Below are positions 12,691-28,314 of a stretch of 64,000 nt of DNA, in pieces (the stretch's first letter is position 1; each line of letters starts with the position of its first letter). Source of the stretch: the human T2T-CHM13v2.0 reference genome, Homo sapiens. Position numbers and translations under genes: made by a program. The notes under the pieces were generated by a model that was given only the letters and a program-made list of their open reading frames with translations, was not told the origin of the DNA and made no database searches. The DNA is taken from assembly GCF_009914755.1 (NCBI RefSeq), contig NC_060927.1, one strand, 5' to 3'.

Positions 12691-13505
12691 AAAGCTTTTG
12701 GGTCTTAGAATTTATTCCAGACATTTTCATTCAGTAGTTCCCAATTTTCCAATGATGAAGACACCTTTCCAAATGACAAAACATTTCATAAGTCAACGTA
12801 TGAAAAGCTCAGCATAGAATCTGATACATACTGAACACCCAAGAAATGTTAGGTGAGTTGTCACCATAGCATTGTTACAAGGGACCCCAGGATAGCAATT
12901 GTACTTTCAGGATGCATTGATAACTATGCTTATGAAATAGTTAATTTTTATCCATTATAAGAGTTACATTCATCTGAGACAAAAAGAGTACTCTGTGTGT
13001 ATAAATATAGGTATGAGGGTACTATATGTGATTTGCTGAATACAAAAAATACTTGTAGCACATATGAATATGCAGACCTTATAAAACACACACACATCCC
13101 AGATTAGGAACTCCTCTTGAGGTCCCAACTTTTCACTGAGTGGTATTCCAGGACATTCCCTTAGCTGTCCCCTTCCTCCCATTTGTGAACAGTGTATCCA
13201 TAGGATGCTGCACCTCCAAATACACATGTTATGCATATCTTTACTTAATTTCACCACTTTTTAACATATTTAAGTACTTGCCTAGGCAGGAATTTAAATA
13301 GATGCAACAGAGCTACCTACATAAATCAGCCCATCACTGCAATATATAATTTCTCCCATAAGCCAATAATAATTCAATTAAATAATTATCAGAGCTGGAT
13401 GGAGATGAGCAAAATAAAGAGTGACTTTAAGGAGAGAGGTAAAGCATTTAGAATACGAGAAACATGGAGATAGGAAGATTATCATTAGTTGCGGCTCTCA
13501 CTGTT

Positions 13506-13609
13506 ATTTTAGAGACTCTAATATGTTTGCTGTGGGCATCTTTATGATAATATTATGATTTTAGAGACTCTAATATGTTTGCTGTGGGCATCTTTATGAT
13601 AATATTATG
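13506..13609. repeat. Perfect 2 x 52-bp tandem duplication
   Basis: attttagagactctaatatgtttgctgtgggcatctttatgataatattatg at 13506-13557 and 13558-13609. Confidence 0.97.
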
Positions 13610-13639
13610 TCTATTTCAATTCAAAACAAGGGATTATTT

Positions 13640-13990
13640 TTAATAACCTTTTCCCTAATTATAAAAGTAACATGATTTTTTAAATTAAAAAAACACACAA
13701 TAGTTTAGGGCAAAAAGTAATCATAATGCCCTTACCCACACATTATAGAGCTATTAACATTTTCATTACCTTCACTCAGTCTCTTACCCATATATTTATT
13801 TATTTTTCTAACTATTTATATATCCTTATATTTCTGTACTTACTAAAACTGGTATCATATGATATATAAAGCTTAGTTCTGCCTCTTTCATTTAGCATCA
13901 TATATTGAGATATTTCCCATTAACTATTCCTCAAAAACATAAGTAATGGCATTAAAATATTCCATCTCACAGGCTTAAAGATAATTATCA
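13640..13990 (-). mobile_element. Highly decayed L1ME-type fragment
   Basis: AT-rich antisense L1M 3' UTR-like motifs (aattataaaagtaacatg, tttcatttagcatcatatattgagatatttcccat). Confidence 0.4.
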
Positions 13991-15409
13991 TTGTGATTCT
14001 TTACTATCATTTAGAAACATGAACATGGCAGAAGGGAACTTTTCTCAAGAAGAAAAAAACCTTTTAAAAATAACTTTTATGGTGTTAAATGTAACTTGGT
14101 AAACAGCAAACAAAAGGATACATGCAACCTCTTCACCATGAGATTAAGGACCATATTTGCCTTATCTACCATATCTTCAAGGTCTAGGAGAGTCCCTGGT
14201 ACAATGAATATTTATTTAAAGGAAGGAAAATACATATGGCTAGGCATTGAAGTTTGAAGGTTATACTTGGAGAACTGCACACTTCAGGAGTCTAGAAAAC
14301 TTCTCAATTCCCCAATCACCATAAGCTGCCACTAGATGAAATGGTGATCAGGAAGAAAAGACAGTAAAACATTATGTTTTCCTGTCTTGTAGATGGCATT
14401 TGTGTTAAGCGTAAACTGCTTCCATTTTGCAGCATGCAAACTAGCTGGCAACACAGCAAAGTCGACTGTAGTAATTTGATCCCCAAAATGCATGAAGAAT
14501 TTATCAGATCCAGACAATGTGGGAATAAACTGACGCATCTTCAACCAGACTTTCCAATCATTCTTCCTGGGACATAAGCTTGGGCAGGGTAGAATTTCCA
14601 TGATTCATCCTATCAAATCATAAAGATGTCATAGGGCTGCCACCAATGGACCATTAACTGTTGCCAGGAATATTACATTCATTCCTTCGACTAAAAAGAT
14701 GGCAATTCTAACATTCATAGAGGGATTTTGAACATTTACTTAAAAATAAGCTTTTTGCTCTCAATTTAGACAAAGTTCATTCTAGCTTTGCTCTTGCTTT
14801 GTTTACAGTTAAGTTCCACTTTAGTCAACAGGTTAGGAATTTAGGATACCTGCTTGTTTTACTTATACTTGTCTCAAATTGTAGTTTTAAAGCACTGCTT
14901 TGCCCTATCTTATTAATTTACAGATTTAACAGCAAACACAAGGCCAAGATATTATAAATCCCCAGTGTTCAGAGCAGTCAAAAATAAGTAGCAATTCCTG
15001 AAGAAGGGGGACATTTGTGCTGCTCTTCACACTGAAGATCTTTCTTGTCCTTGGGCTGTGTCCAGGGGCTGCTAACTTCTCAGAAGTTAACTCAGTGGCA
15101 AAAGACATTTTGGTGCCTCATTAGACACAGGCAAAGGCCAGACCGTAAACTCTCCAGCAGGAAAGAAAGTGCCTGGCTAGCGGTACTGGGGTTGGGAGGT
15201 GCTCTATAGTCAAGGGGGGCATCTATGAGATAAAGCAAGAAATGTCACAACTAGGCCAGGGGAAAATTCAGGCTGAGAAACTGCAGAATGGTCACAGCCT
15301 CAGACACCAACTCCCTTAGGAACTCAGGCCCAGAAAATGAGAAATGAGGGGCCTGGTGACTTAGCTGAGCCCCAGAGTCCATTTCACCTTCCATCTAGTT
15401 TCTACAGTA

Positions 15410-15985
15410 TAGACATAGTCAAATCTGATCACTCCCCTCCTCTGCTGAACCCCTTCAAAGGCTCCTCAGCACCCAATGGATCAAGTCCAAGCATCTCAAG
15501 GCAGCACTTGAGGCCTTTTTGCCACTCTGCCCAGCCTCCTTTCACACCACCCCCTTTTTCTCACTAGTTTCAGATCACTGCTGATTTCAGTGCCAGTGCA
15601 TGAGAGTGTCATTCATACCCTTCCTTGTCTTGAATCTGCACCCCTGCTCCACCTCCCATCTATTTGCTCCTCCTCCCTCTGTCTGGCCTGCTTCCTGACT
15701 CTATTCAGGCCTTCAAGATGCCTTGCTTGACCTCCCAGACTAGACTGCCCTCTCCTAATATACACCACAACTCTCCTTGGTCACAGTCCTTATTCTGGAA
15801 ATGTCCTTTGAGATGTCAGCCAGGCCAGAGGGAACAGGCAGGTTGGGACATTCCCTTAGCTGTTCCCTCTTAGACTGTAAGCTCCATGAGGGTGTAGACC
15901 ATTTCTGTCAATTTATTGCTTTATTTCCCATGCCCAGCACACTGAGGCACATAGCCAGTGCTAAGGAAATATTCACTAAATAAGT
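15410..15985 (+). mobile_element. L2 fragments
   Basis: aaatctgatcactcccctcctctgctgaacccc... and tagactgtaagctccatgagggt...cccagcacactgaggcacatag. Confidence 0.65.
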
Positions 15986-16610
15986 GGACCCATAAACTGT
16001 TTTGTTCCTCGTTCAAAGGGATTCAGAAGGAAGAGCATTGGGTCTTGCCCAAAGTCCTCTCACAGGTAGGTAAAACAAGGGTCTGTCTGGGGACCCAGGC
16101 CCACCTTGGCTGCTGACTCTTAATTACAGAGAATAGTGTCAGTAAGCGCAAATAGCATCCTCCTCATTTTTAACCTACAGACAAGCAGCAGTTCCAGGCT
16201 TCAGAAAATTCTCAAGTGAGTTGACCATGAAAAATACAACTGAAAGTTTCATAAAGTCACAGCATTCAGTCCCTTCAGGCAGAGGAGCATTGCTTTGTGG
16301 AGTTGAGAGAACCACATTTCCCCTCTTACTTCGCCCTTGACAACATACTACAGTATAAAAATACATACTTTACACACAAACAAACCCCAAGCAGAAACCT
16401 TTAAAGTACTTTTATGATTAGCAGACATTTTCCCAATATCATCAGTGGGAGATATGTAAACATATATTGTAGTAAATTAAATTGCAAGTAAAACTCCTGA
16501 TCTCATTTCTTCCTCCTAACTGACAATAGTTCTCTTCTGTGCAAGAGCGAACTACCTGGGGGCTGATAAATCAGACATAAAGAAGAGAACTTGGCAAGGG
16601 ATTCTAGTCA

Positions 16611-16624
16611 GTTGCTATGGAGAT
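16611..16624 (+). promoter_or_regulatory. RFX X-box-like motif
   Basis: GTTGCTATGGAGAT compared with consensus GTTGCYATGGNAAC. Motif only, occupancy unknown. Confidence 0.35.
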
Positions 16625-17342
16625 GTGCATTTGTGTTTCCTTTAATAAAAATTATTATCCACGGGAAAAACAATTTGTTGAGCCCATCTAATTGAAAAGA
16701 AGGGAACAGGCCAAAAATGGCAGAGTTTAATATTTATGACTCAAAATCTGCTTTTAAGCCTGGAGAATGCATATATAATAGGGATAAACTATTTTTACAT
16801 AATTTAATTATTGCCTGATGGCATATTCTTGAGGGAATCCATATAGGTGTGCTTTGTACTAAATACTACATTTTATGCTATAAAATGAATAATGCATCCA
16901 CACTGTAGGTGTGGGCTTTTACTTTGTGCTTAAGTTACACTATCAGGCATTCCTTAGGAAATTCCACAACTGAAGACTCAAAATTGAATTAAGCTAAGTA
17001 AACTGTCAAAGCCAAAAATCTCCATTAAATGCAGAAATCTTGGATAAACTGCTGGGCCTTTTCAGTAAGTGTTATTTTGTTTATGTCTCATCTTTCAGAT
17101 CTGCATGTTTTAAAAACTGTAATATAAACATAAAATTATTTGACCAACTTTAGTCATCCCTGATATTCAATTAACATTTAATAGAAGACAACCTGTATCT
17201 ACATTTGAATATCTACCATATGACAAGAAAGTTACATATACTGACACTTTTAATCTTCACAGCAACCCTACAAATTAGAAGTTCCTAGCTCCATTTTACA
17301 GAAGTTGAAACAAGAAACTAAAAGCTTAAACTATACTTTCTG

Positions 17343-17495
17343 AATAGGAGTGATATCACCACCAAGGGGGCAAAAGTTGGTTCTTAGGGGATGAAAACAC
17401 CATAGATATTACAATAGTTGCTAGACTTCCAAAGCTAAACCCTATTCCATAAAATTTATCTCATTAGGTAGAACTTAAATTTAATATAATTTTTC
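17343..17495. mobile_element. hAT-Charlie-type DNA transposon, left part (right part at ~25722-25768)
   Basis: gtgatatcaccaccaagggggcaaaagttggttcttagggg... continues after the L1 as ttcttaggtgggacaataatgaaaaa...gaaactctg. Confidence 0.55.
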
Positions 17496-19470
17496 AGCCA
17501 GAGCAATCATACAAGAGAAAGAAATAAAGGGCATCCAAATTGGTAAAGAAGAAGTCAAACTGTCGCTGCTTGCTGATACATAACTGTATACCTGGAAAAC
17601 CCTAAAGACTCATCCAAAAACCTCCTAGAACTAGTAAATGAATTCAATAAAGTTTTAGGATACAAAATCAATGTACACAAATCAGGTGCCCTGCTATACA
17701 CCAACAGCAACCAAGCTGAGAATCAAATCAAGAACTCAAACCCTTTTACAATAGCTGTGAACAATTAAAATAAAATACTTAGGAATATACTTAAGCAAGG
17801 AGGTGAAAGACTTCTACAAGGAAAACTACAAAACACTGCTGAAAGAAATTACAGACAGCACAAACAAATGGAAACATATCCCATGCTCATGGATGGGTAG
17901 AATCAATATCATGATTAATTCTACACAATAGCAATCTACAAATTCAATGCAATTCCCATCAAAATACCACCAGCATTCTTCACAGAAGTAGAAAAAAAAA
18001 ATCCTAAAATTCATGTGGAACCAAAAAAGAACCCACATAGCCAAAGCAAGACTAAGCAAAAAGAACAAATCCGTAGGCATTACATTACCTGACCTTCAAA
18101 CTATTCTATAGGGCCATAGTCACCAAAACAGCATAATACTGGTATAAAAACAGGCATATAGACCAATGGAACAGAATAGAGAACCCAGAAATTAAGCCAA
18201 ATACTTACGGCCAACTGAACTTTAACAAACCAAACAAAAACACAAAGTGGGGAAAGAACACCCTATTCAACAAATGTTGCTGGGATATTTGGCAAGTCAC
18301 ATGTAGAAGAATGAAACTGGATCCTCATCTCTCACCTTATACAAAAATCGACTCAAGATGGATCAAAGACTCAAATCTGAAACCATAAACATTCTAGAAG
18401 ATAACATTGGAAAAACCTTTCTAGACATTGGCTTAGGCAAAGACTTCATGACCAAGAACCCAAAAGCAAACTCAAAAAAAACAAAGATAAATAGATGGGA
18501 CTTAATTAAACTAAAAAGCTTCTGTACAACAAAAGTAATAAAGAAAACAGAGAACAGAATAAACAGAGAACTGACAGAGTAGGAGAAAAATTTTCAAAAT
18601 CTATACATCTGACAAAGGACTAATGTTAAGAATCTACAAGGAACTCATACAAATCAGCAGGAAAAAACATAATCCCATCAAAAAGTGGGCTAAGGACATG
18701 AACAGACTATTTTCAAAAGAAGGTATACAAATGGCCAACAAATACATGAAAAAAATTCTCAATATCACTAATAATCAGGGAAATGCAAATCAAAACCGCA
18801 ATGTGATACCACCTTACTCTTTCAAGAATGACCATAATCAAAAAATCAAAAAATAATAAATGTTGGTGTGGACGTGGTAAAAAAGGAACACTTTTACACT
18901 ACTGGTGGGAATGTAAATTAATACAACCACTGTGGAAAACAGTGTGGAGATTCCTTAAAGAACTAAAAGTAAATCTACCATTTGATCCAGCAATCCCACT
19001 CCTGGGTATCTACCCAGAGGAAAATAAGTCATTACATGAAAAAGATACTTGCCACACGTTTATAGCGGCACAATTTGCAATTGCAAAAATATGGAACCAG
19101 CCCAAATGCCCATCAATCAACAAGTGGATACAGAAAATATGATATATATATGTGTGTGTGTGTGTGCACCAAAATATGGTATATACATATACATATACAC
19201 ACACACACACACACACATGCACATGCACACACCATGGAATAGTACTCAGCCATGAAAAGGAACAAAATAATGGCATTTGCAGCAACCTGGATGGAACTGG
19301 AGACCATTATTCTAAGTGAAGCAACTCAGGAATGGAAAAACAAACATTCTATGTTCTCATTCATAAGTGGGAGCTAAGCTGTGAGGACACAAAGGCATAA
19401 GAATATACAATAGACTTTGCGGACTTTGGGGAAAGGGTGGGAGGGATGTGAAGGATAAAAGACTACACAT
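17496..19470 (+). mobile_element. L1PB1-type LINE-1, 5'-truncated (ORF2 3' part and 3' UTR), left segment
   Basis: Degenerate ORF2 C-terminal homology ([37 protein letters not shown]) and L1PB-type 3' UTR. TSD aaatttaat(a)(t/a)aatttttc at 17477-17495 and 25703-25721. Confidence 0.9.
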
Positions 19471-19736
19471 GAGCTACAGCTCCCAGCATGAGCAACGCAG
19501 AAGACGGGTGGTTACTGCATTTCCAACTGAGGTACCGGGTTCATCTCACTGGGGATCTTCGGAAAGTGGGTGCAGGACAGTGGGTGCGGTGCACCGAGCA
19601 TGAGCCAAAGCAAGGCGAGGCATCACCTCACCCAGGAAGTGCAAGGGGTCAGGGAATTCCCTTTCCTAGCCAAGGAAAGGGGTGACAGATGGCACCTGGA
19701 AAACTGGGTCACTCCCACCCTAATACTGTGCTTTTC

Positions 19737-19886
19737 CTATGGTCTTAGCAAACGGCACACCAGGAGATTATATCCTGTGTCTGGCTCAGAGGGTCCTACG
19801 CCCACGGAGCCTCGCTCATTGCTAGCACAGCAGTCTGAGATCAAAGTGCAAGTGGGCAGAGAGGCTGGGGGAGGGGCGCCCACCAT
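19737..19886 (-). pseudogene. LINE-1 ORF0 remnant (49 aa, premature stop)
   Basis: MVGAPPPASLPTCTLISDCCASNERGSVGVGPSEPDTGYNLLVCRLLRP* matches the N-terminus of primate L1 antisense ORF0 (MAGAPPPASLPPCSLISDCCASN...). Confidence 0.8.
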
Positions 19887-20450
19887 TGCTGAGGCTTGAG
19901 TAGGTAAACAAAGCAGCCAGGAAGCTCGAACTGGGTGGAGCCCATCGCAGCTCAAGGAGGCCTGCCTGCCTCTGTAGACTCTGCCTCTGGGGGCAGAGCA
20001 TAGCCAAACAAAAGGCAGCACAAACCTCTGCAGACTTAAATGTCCCTGTCTGACAGCTTGGAAGAGAGTAGTGGTTCTCCCAGCACGCAGCTTGACATCT
20101 GAGAACAGACAGACTGCCTCCTCAAGTGGGTCCCTGACTCCCGAGTAGCGTAACTGGGAGGCACCCCCCAGTAGGGGCAGACTGACACTTCATACAGCCG
20201 GGTACTCCTCTCAGACAAAACTTCCAGAGGAACAGCAACATCTGCTGTTCAGTATTCACTGTTCTGCAGCCTCCACTGCTGATACCCAGGAAAACGGGGT
20301 CTAGAGTGGACCTCCAGCAAACTCCAACAGACCTGCAGCTGAAGGTCCTGACTGCTAGAAGGAAAACTAACAAACAGAAAGGACATCCACACCAAAACCC
20401 CATCTGTACGTCACCATCATCAAAGACCAAAGGTAGATAGAACCACAAAG

Positions 20451-21455
20451 ATGGGGAAAAAACAGAGCAGAAAAACTGTAAATTCTAAAACTCAGAGCGC
20501 CTCTCCTCCTCCAAAGGAATGCAGCAACGGAACAAAGCTGGACAGAGAATGACTTTGACGAGTTGAGAGAAGAAGGCTTCAGACAATCAAACTTCTCCGA
20601 GCTAAAGGAGGAAGTTCGAACCCATGGCAAAGAAGTTAAAAACCTTGAAAAAAGATTAGACGAATGGATAACTAGAATAACCAATGGAGAGAAGCCCTTA
20701 AAGGACCTGATGGAGCTGAAAACTACAGCACGAGAACTACGTGATGAATGCACAAGCTTCAGTAGCTGATTCAATAAACTGGAAGAAAGGGTATCAGTGA
20801 TGGAAGATCAAATGAATGAAATGAAGCATGAAGAGAAGTTTAGAGAAAAAAGAATAAAAAGAAACGAACAAAGCCTCCAAGAACTATGGGACTATGTGAA
20901 AAGACCAAATCTACATCTGATTGGTGTACCTGAAAGTGACGGGGAGAATGGAACCAAGTTGGAAAACACTCTGCAGGATATTATCCAGGAGAACTTCCCC
21001 AATCTAGCAAGGCAGGCCAACATTCACATTCAGGAAATACAGAGAACGCCACAAAGATACTCCTCGAGAAGAGCAACTCCAAGACACATAATTGTCAGAT
21101 TCACCAAAGTTGAAATGAAGGAAAAAATGTTAAGGGCAGCCAGAGAGAAAGGTCATGTTACCCACAAAGGGAAGCCCATCAGACTAACAGCTGAGCTCTC
21201 GGCAGAAACTCTACGAGCCAGAAGAGAGTGGGGGCCAATATTCAACATTCTTAAAGAAAGAATTTTCAACCCAGAATTTCATATCCAGCCAAACTAAGCT
21301 TCAGAAGTGAAGGAGAAATAAAATCCTTTACAGACAAGCAAATGCTGAGAGATCTTGTCATCACCATGCCTGCCCTAAAAGAGCTCCTGAAGGAAGCACT
21401 AAACATGGAAAGGAACAACCGGTACCAGCCACTGCAAAAACATGCCAAATTGTAA
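20451..21455 (+). pseudogene. LINE-1 ORF1p (RNA-binding chaperone), disrupted
   Basis: Starts ATGGGGAAAAAACAGAGC and carries the YVKRPNL and RATPRHIIVRF motifs. Disruptions: small deletion near 20520, TGA at 20767-20769, frameshift near 21257. Confidence 0.93.
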
Positions 21456-21518
21456 AGACCATCGAGGCTAGGAAGAAACTGCATCAACTAACGAGCAAAA
21501 TAACGAGCTAACATCATA

Positions 21519-25338
<3,820 letters not shown>

Positions 25339-25574
25339 ACAATGAGAACACATGGACACAGGAAGTGGAACATCACACACCGGGGCCTGTTGTGGGGTGG
25401 TTTGGGGGGAGGGATAGCATCAGGAGATATACCTAATGTAAATGACGAGTTAATGGGTGCAGCACACCAACATGGCACATGCATACATATGTAACAAACC
25501 TGCAAGTTGTGCACATGTACCCTAAAACTTAAAGTATAATAAATAAAATAAAATTGTAAAAAAAGACTACACAT

Positions 25575-25702
25575 TGGGTACCGTGTACACTGCTTGGGTG
25601 ATGGATGCACCAGAATCTCAGAAATCACCACTAAAGAACTTACTCATGTAACCAAACACCACCTGCTCCCCTGAAACCTATTGAAATTTAAGAAAATAAA
25701 AT
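25575..25702 (+). mobile_element. L1PB1-type 3' UTR, right segment
   Basis: tgggtaccgtgtacactgcttgggtgatggatgcaccagaatctcagaaatcaccactaaagaac... continues directly from 19470. Confidence 0.9.
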
Positions 25703-25789
25703 AAATTTAATAAAATTTTTCTTCTTAGGTGGGACAATAATGAAAAAGAAGACTAAGAAACTCTGGTCTAACCTCCAGCAAGTGATGGA

Positions 25790-26075
25790 GCCATTCATTT
25801 ACTTCTTAAACAGACATCTGGGGAATGTCTGTGGGCTACACACTGTGCAGGGGCTAGGTGTATAGTGGTGAACAAAACCAATATGTATCCTGAGTTTCCC
25901 AAAGCTTCTAGCCCCAAGAGGGACACAAACGTAAATCAAATAACCACACAAGCAAAGATACTATTGAAAATCATGAAGACTGCTCTGATAGAAAAAGAGA
26001 GTACTGAGAGGTCAGAAACTGCCTCTTTACAGGTGCGACTTTAGGCTGAGAATTGAAGGACAAGAAGGCTCAAGT
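25790..26075 (-). mobile_element. L2 3' end
   Basis: cattcatttac...cactgtgcaggggctagg...gtggtgaacaaaac. Confidence 0.6.
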
Positions 26076-26199
26076 GCGAAAAAAAAAAAAAAAAAAGAAA
26101 TGGGAAAGAGTGTTGGGCTCAGAGAACCCACCAGAAAGACATGCTGCCTTGGAAACCAAGGAAGTAAGAGAGGAGCTGCTCCCTACTTCCAGAGATATT

Positions 26200-26440
26200 A
26201 TTACTTCAATGGCTTAGTGGCCAAAGACTGATTTCCAGGTTCAAACCACAACTTTACTCCTGATAAGTTTGGGCAATTTTTTTCATCTCGCTGGGCCTCC
26301 CATTTTGGCATTCATAAAATACAGATACCATTGCCCACACGTGGCTGTTAGGGAGATTAAAATGAAAATTGCGGAAAGTGCATTGCATATGATAAAAGCA
26401 TAATAAATTGGTTGTCTACAATAGTTATCATTATCATAAA
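26200..26440 (+). mobile_element. MIR SINE
   Basis: caggttcaaaccaca...tttgggcaatt...ctcgctgggcctc...taaaat...gagattaaaatga. Confidence 0.65.
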
Positions 26441-26810
26441 TAGATTAATACGACAAACAAAAGCAGATGCCTCTGAATGGCACAAAGACTGGGTCTGGCC
26501 TCCAGTCACAGTGTCAGTAATTGCCTTCTGTTTATCCCCTACAATATCTTACACTGTGATTATAGGGCTTTATGCAGATAAGACCAGCAGCACACACAGG
26601 GACTTCTGAATCATGATTATTTCTATGTGTTATAATTAGACACTATCCTCAGGTTCTGTTACGTCATGCCATTCTGCATTTCCCAAAAGATTTTCCAATA
26701 TTCTGATGCCATGAAATGCTTTATTAAAAAAACAGGTTACACAGAAAAATGGTTTTGGAAACGCTGCCTACAATATGGGTCTGCTGGGTTTTGGAAACAC
26801 TGCCTACAAT

Positions 26811-27340
26811 CAGGGTTTCGGTTGCAAGCCAAAAATTGGCTGACTGAAGCAGAAATGTATTGAAAGGTTACAGGGCAGCTCACAGGATCATTGAGAGGGA
26901 TGGAGAATCAGGCTGAGATGTCTCTCAGTCGACTCACGGCCCAAAGCACAACATAAAGCTGTCTCATCAGTCAGCAATGCCACTGTAGCTGGCGTGCCTG
27001 TCACAACCATCTCCAGCACTGACCACTGAACAGTGCCGCTGGCTCCACTGCAATTGTCCCTGGAGCCTGTGTGCTTCAGACTTCACCACTGCCACAGAGA
27101 ATATCACTAGCTGCTGTCCAAATTTCTAGACTAACACATCTGATTGGCAAAGCCAAGGTCACGTGCTCAAGGGATGGTTGTCTGGGAAGTTGGGAAGTAC
27201 ACATCTGGTATTTCCTAGTTATTTGGTGGGAGTCAAGTTCTGCTTCCTACTAAGACTCTTAAGGTCGAGAATCCTCTCCACCAACTATAGAAAGGAGGTT
27301 CTGATACTGAAAAAAAGAAAAAAAAGATGAATGTGTATTA
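26811..27340 (-). mobile_element. Old MLT1 LTR (I/J/K/L group)
   Basis: ggttgcaagcc...gcagaaatgtattgaaagg...gctcacaggatc and catctgattggcaaagccaaggtcacgtg. Confidence 0.55.
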
Positions 27341-27537
27341 TATCAATGGGCTCCAAATGTTTTGATCAGGTACTCTTATCAATGAAAATAATTGAGCATG
27401 CACCCTTAGTATATGTGCACATATTTCTAAGTTAAATATACATAATACTCTAATACTATGATAGATGAAGCAACCTGATAGAAGTCACACACATAAACAA
27501 ACATCTGTTAGAGACACACAGTGAAGTAAGGAATTTC

Positions 27538-27592
27538 AAAATCTATAATCTAATTTGAAAATTTTCAATTTTCAAATTAGATTATAGATTTT
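27538..27592. repeat. Perfect inverted repeat, 26-bp arms, 3-nt spacer
   Basis: aaaatctataatctaatttgaaaatt-ttc-aattttcaaattagattatagatttt. Confidence 0.97.
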
Positions 27593-28029
27593 TACAGCTA
27601 TTACTATGATTCTCTTTTTCTCTCTGCTTTTTGTCAGGCTAACATTAGGTACTGACTAAGCATTAGCAAGTGTCAATAATGCAGAAGCCACCCACTTCTG
27701 CAAAACTGGGAATTGAATTCAAACAATGTTATTCTTCTGGTTTTGGTTATAGAATTCAAGAGATATTATTTCAGAGTCTACAAAAGTTGTCATCTCACCA
27801 AAAAAAAAAAAAAAAGTAATTCTTGCTCATTGACTTTATTTATGCAGCATTCCCTGTAGAATAATAATAGATGCTTTACACAGAGTCCTGCACAGCAATC
27901 TTGCAACCTCCTATAGAAGAGAACACTGAGGGCAGGTTATGAACTTGCCCAAAGCCACACTCAATTCCAAGGTGTACTACCTACCTCCATGTAAACATCC
28001 TGTCATTTCTGCATAAAATCTAAAAAGCA

Positions 28030-28314
28030 GCCGGGCACAGTGGCTCACGCCTGTAATCCCAGCACTTTGGGAGGCCGAGGCGGGTGGATCACGAGGTCAG
28101 GAGATCGAGACCATCCTGGCTAACTCAGTGAAACCCCGTCTCTACTAAAAATACAAAAAATTTGCAGAGTGTGGTAGTGGGCGCCTGTAGTCCCAGCTCC
28201 TTGGGAGGCTGAGGCAGGAGAATGGTGTGAACCCAGGAGGCGGAGTGAGCAGAGATCGTGCCACTGCACTCCAGCCTGGGCGACAGAGCAAGACTCCATC
28301 TCAAAACAAAAAAA
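28030..28314 (+). mobile_element. AluY SINE
   Basis: Y diagnostics gagatcgagaccatcctggctaac and gagaatggtgtgaacc. Perfect TSD aaaatctaaaaagca at 28015-28029 and 28315-28329. Confidence 0.95.

Noticed and set aside
13506-13609. Direct repeats here and at 26751 and 41784 as a CRISPR-like array
   Set aside because: Each has only two copies with no series of spacers, there are no cas genes, and the context is eukaryotic.
19140-19232. (TG)n/(CA)n inverted microsatellite inside the L1PB
   Set aside because: This is a common microsatellite-expansion site in L1 3' regions with no sign of function.
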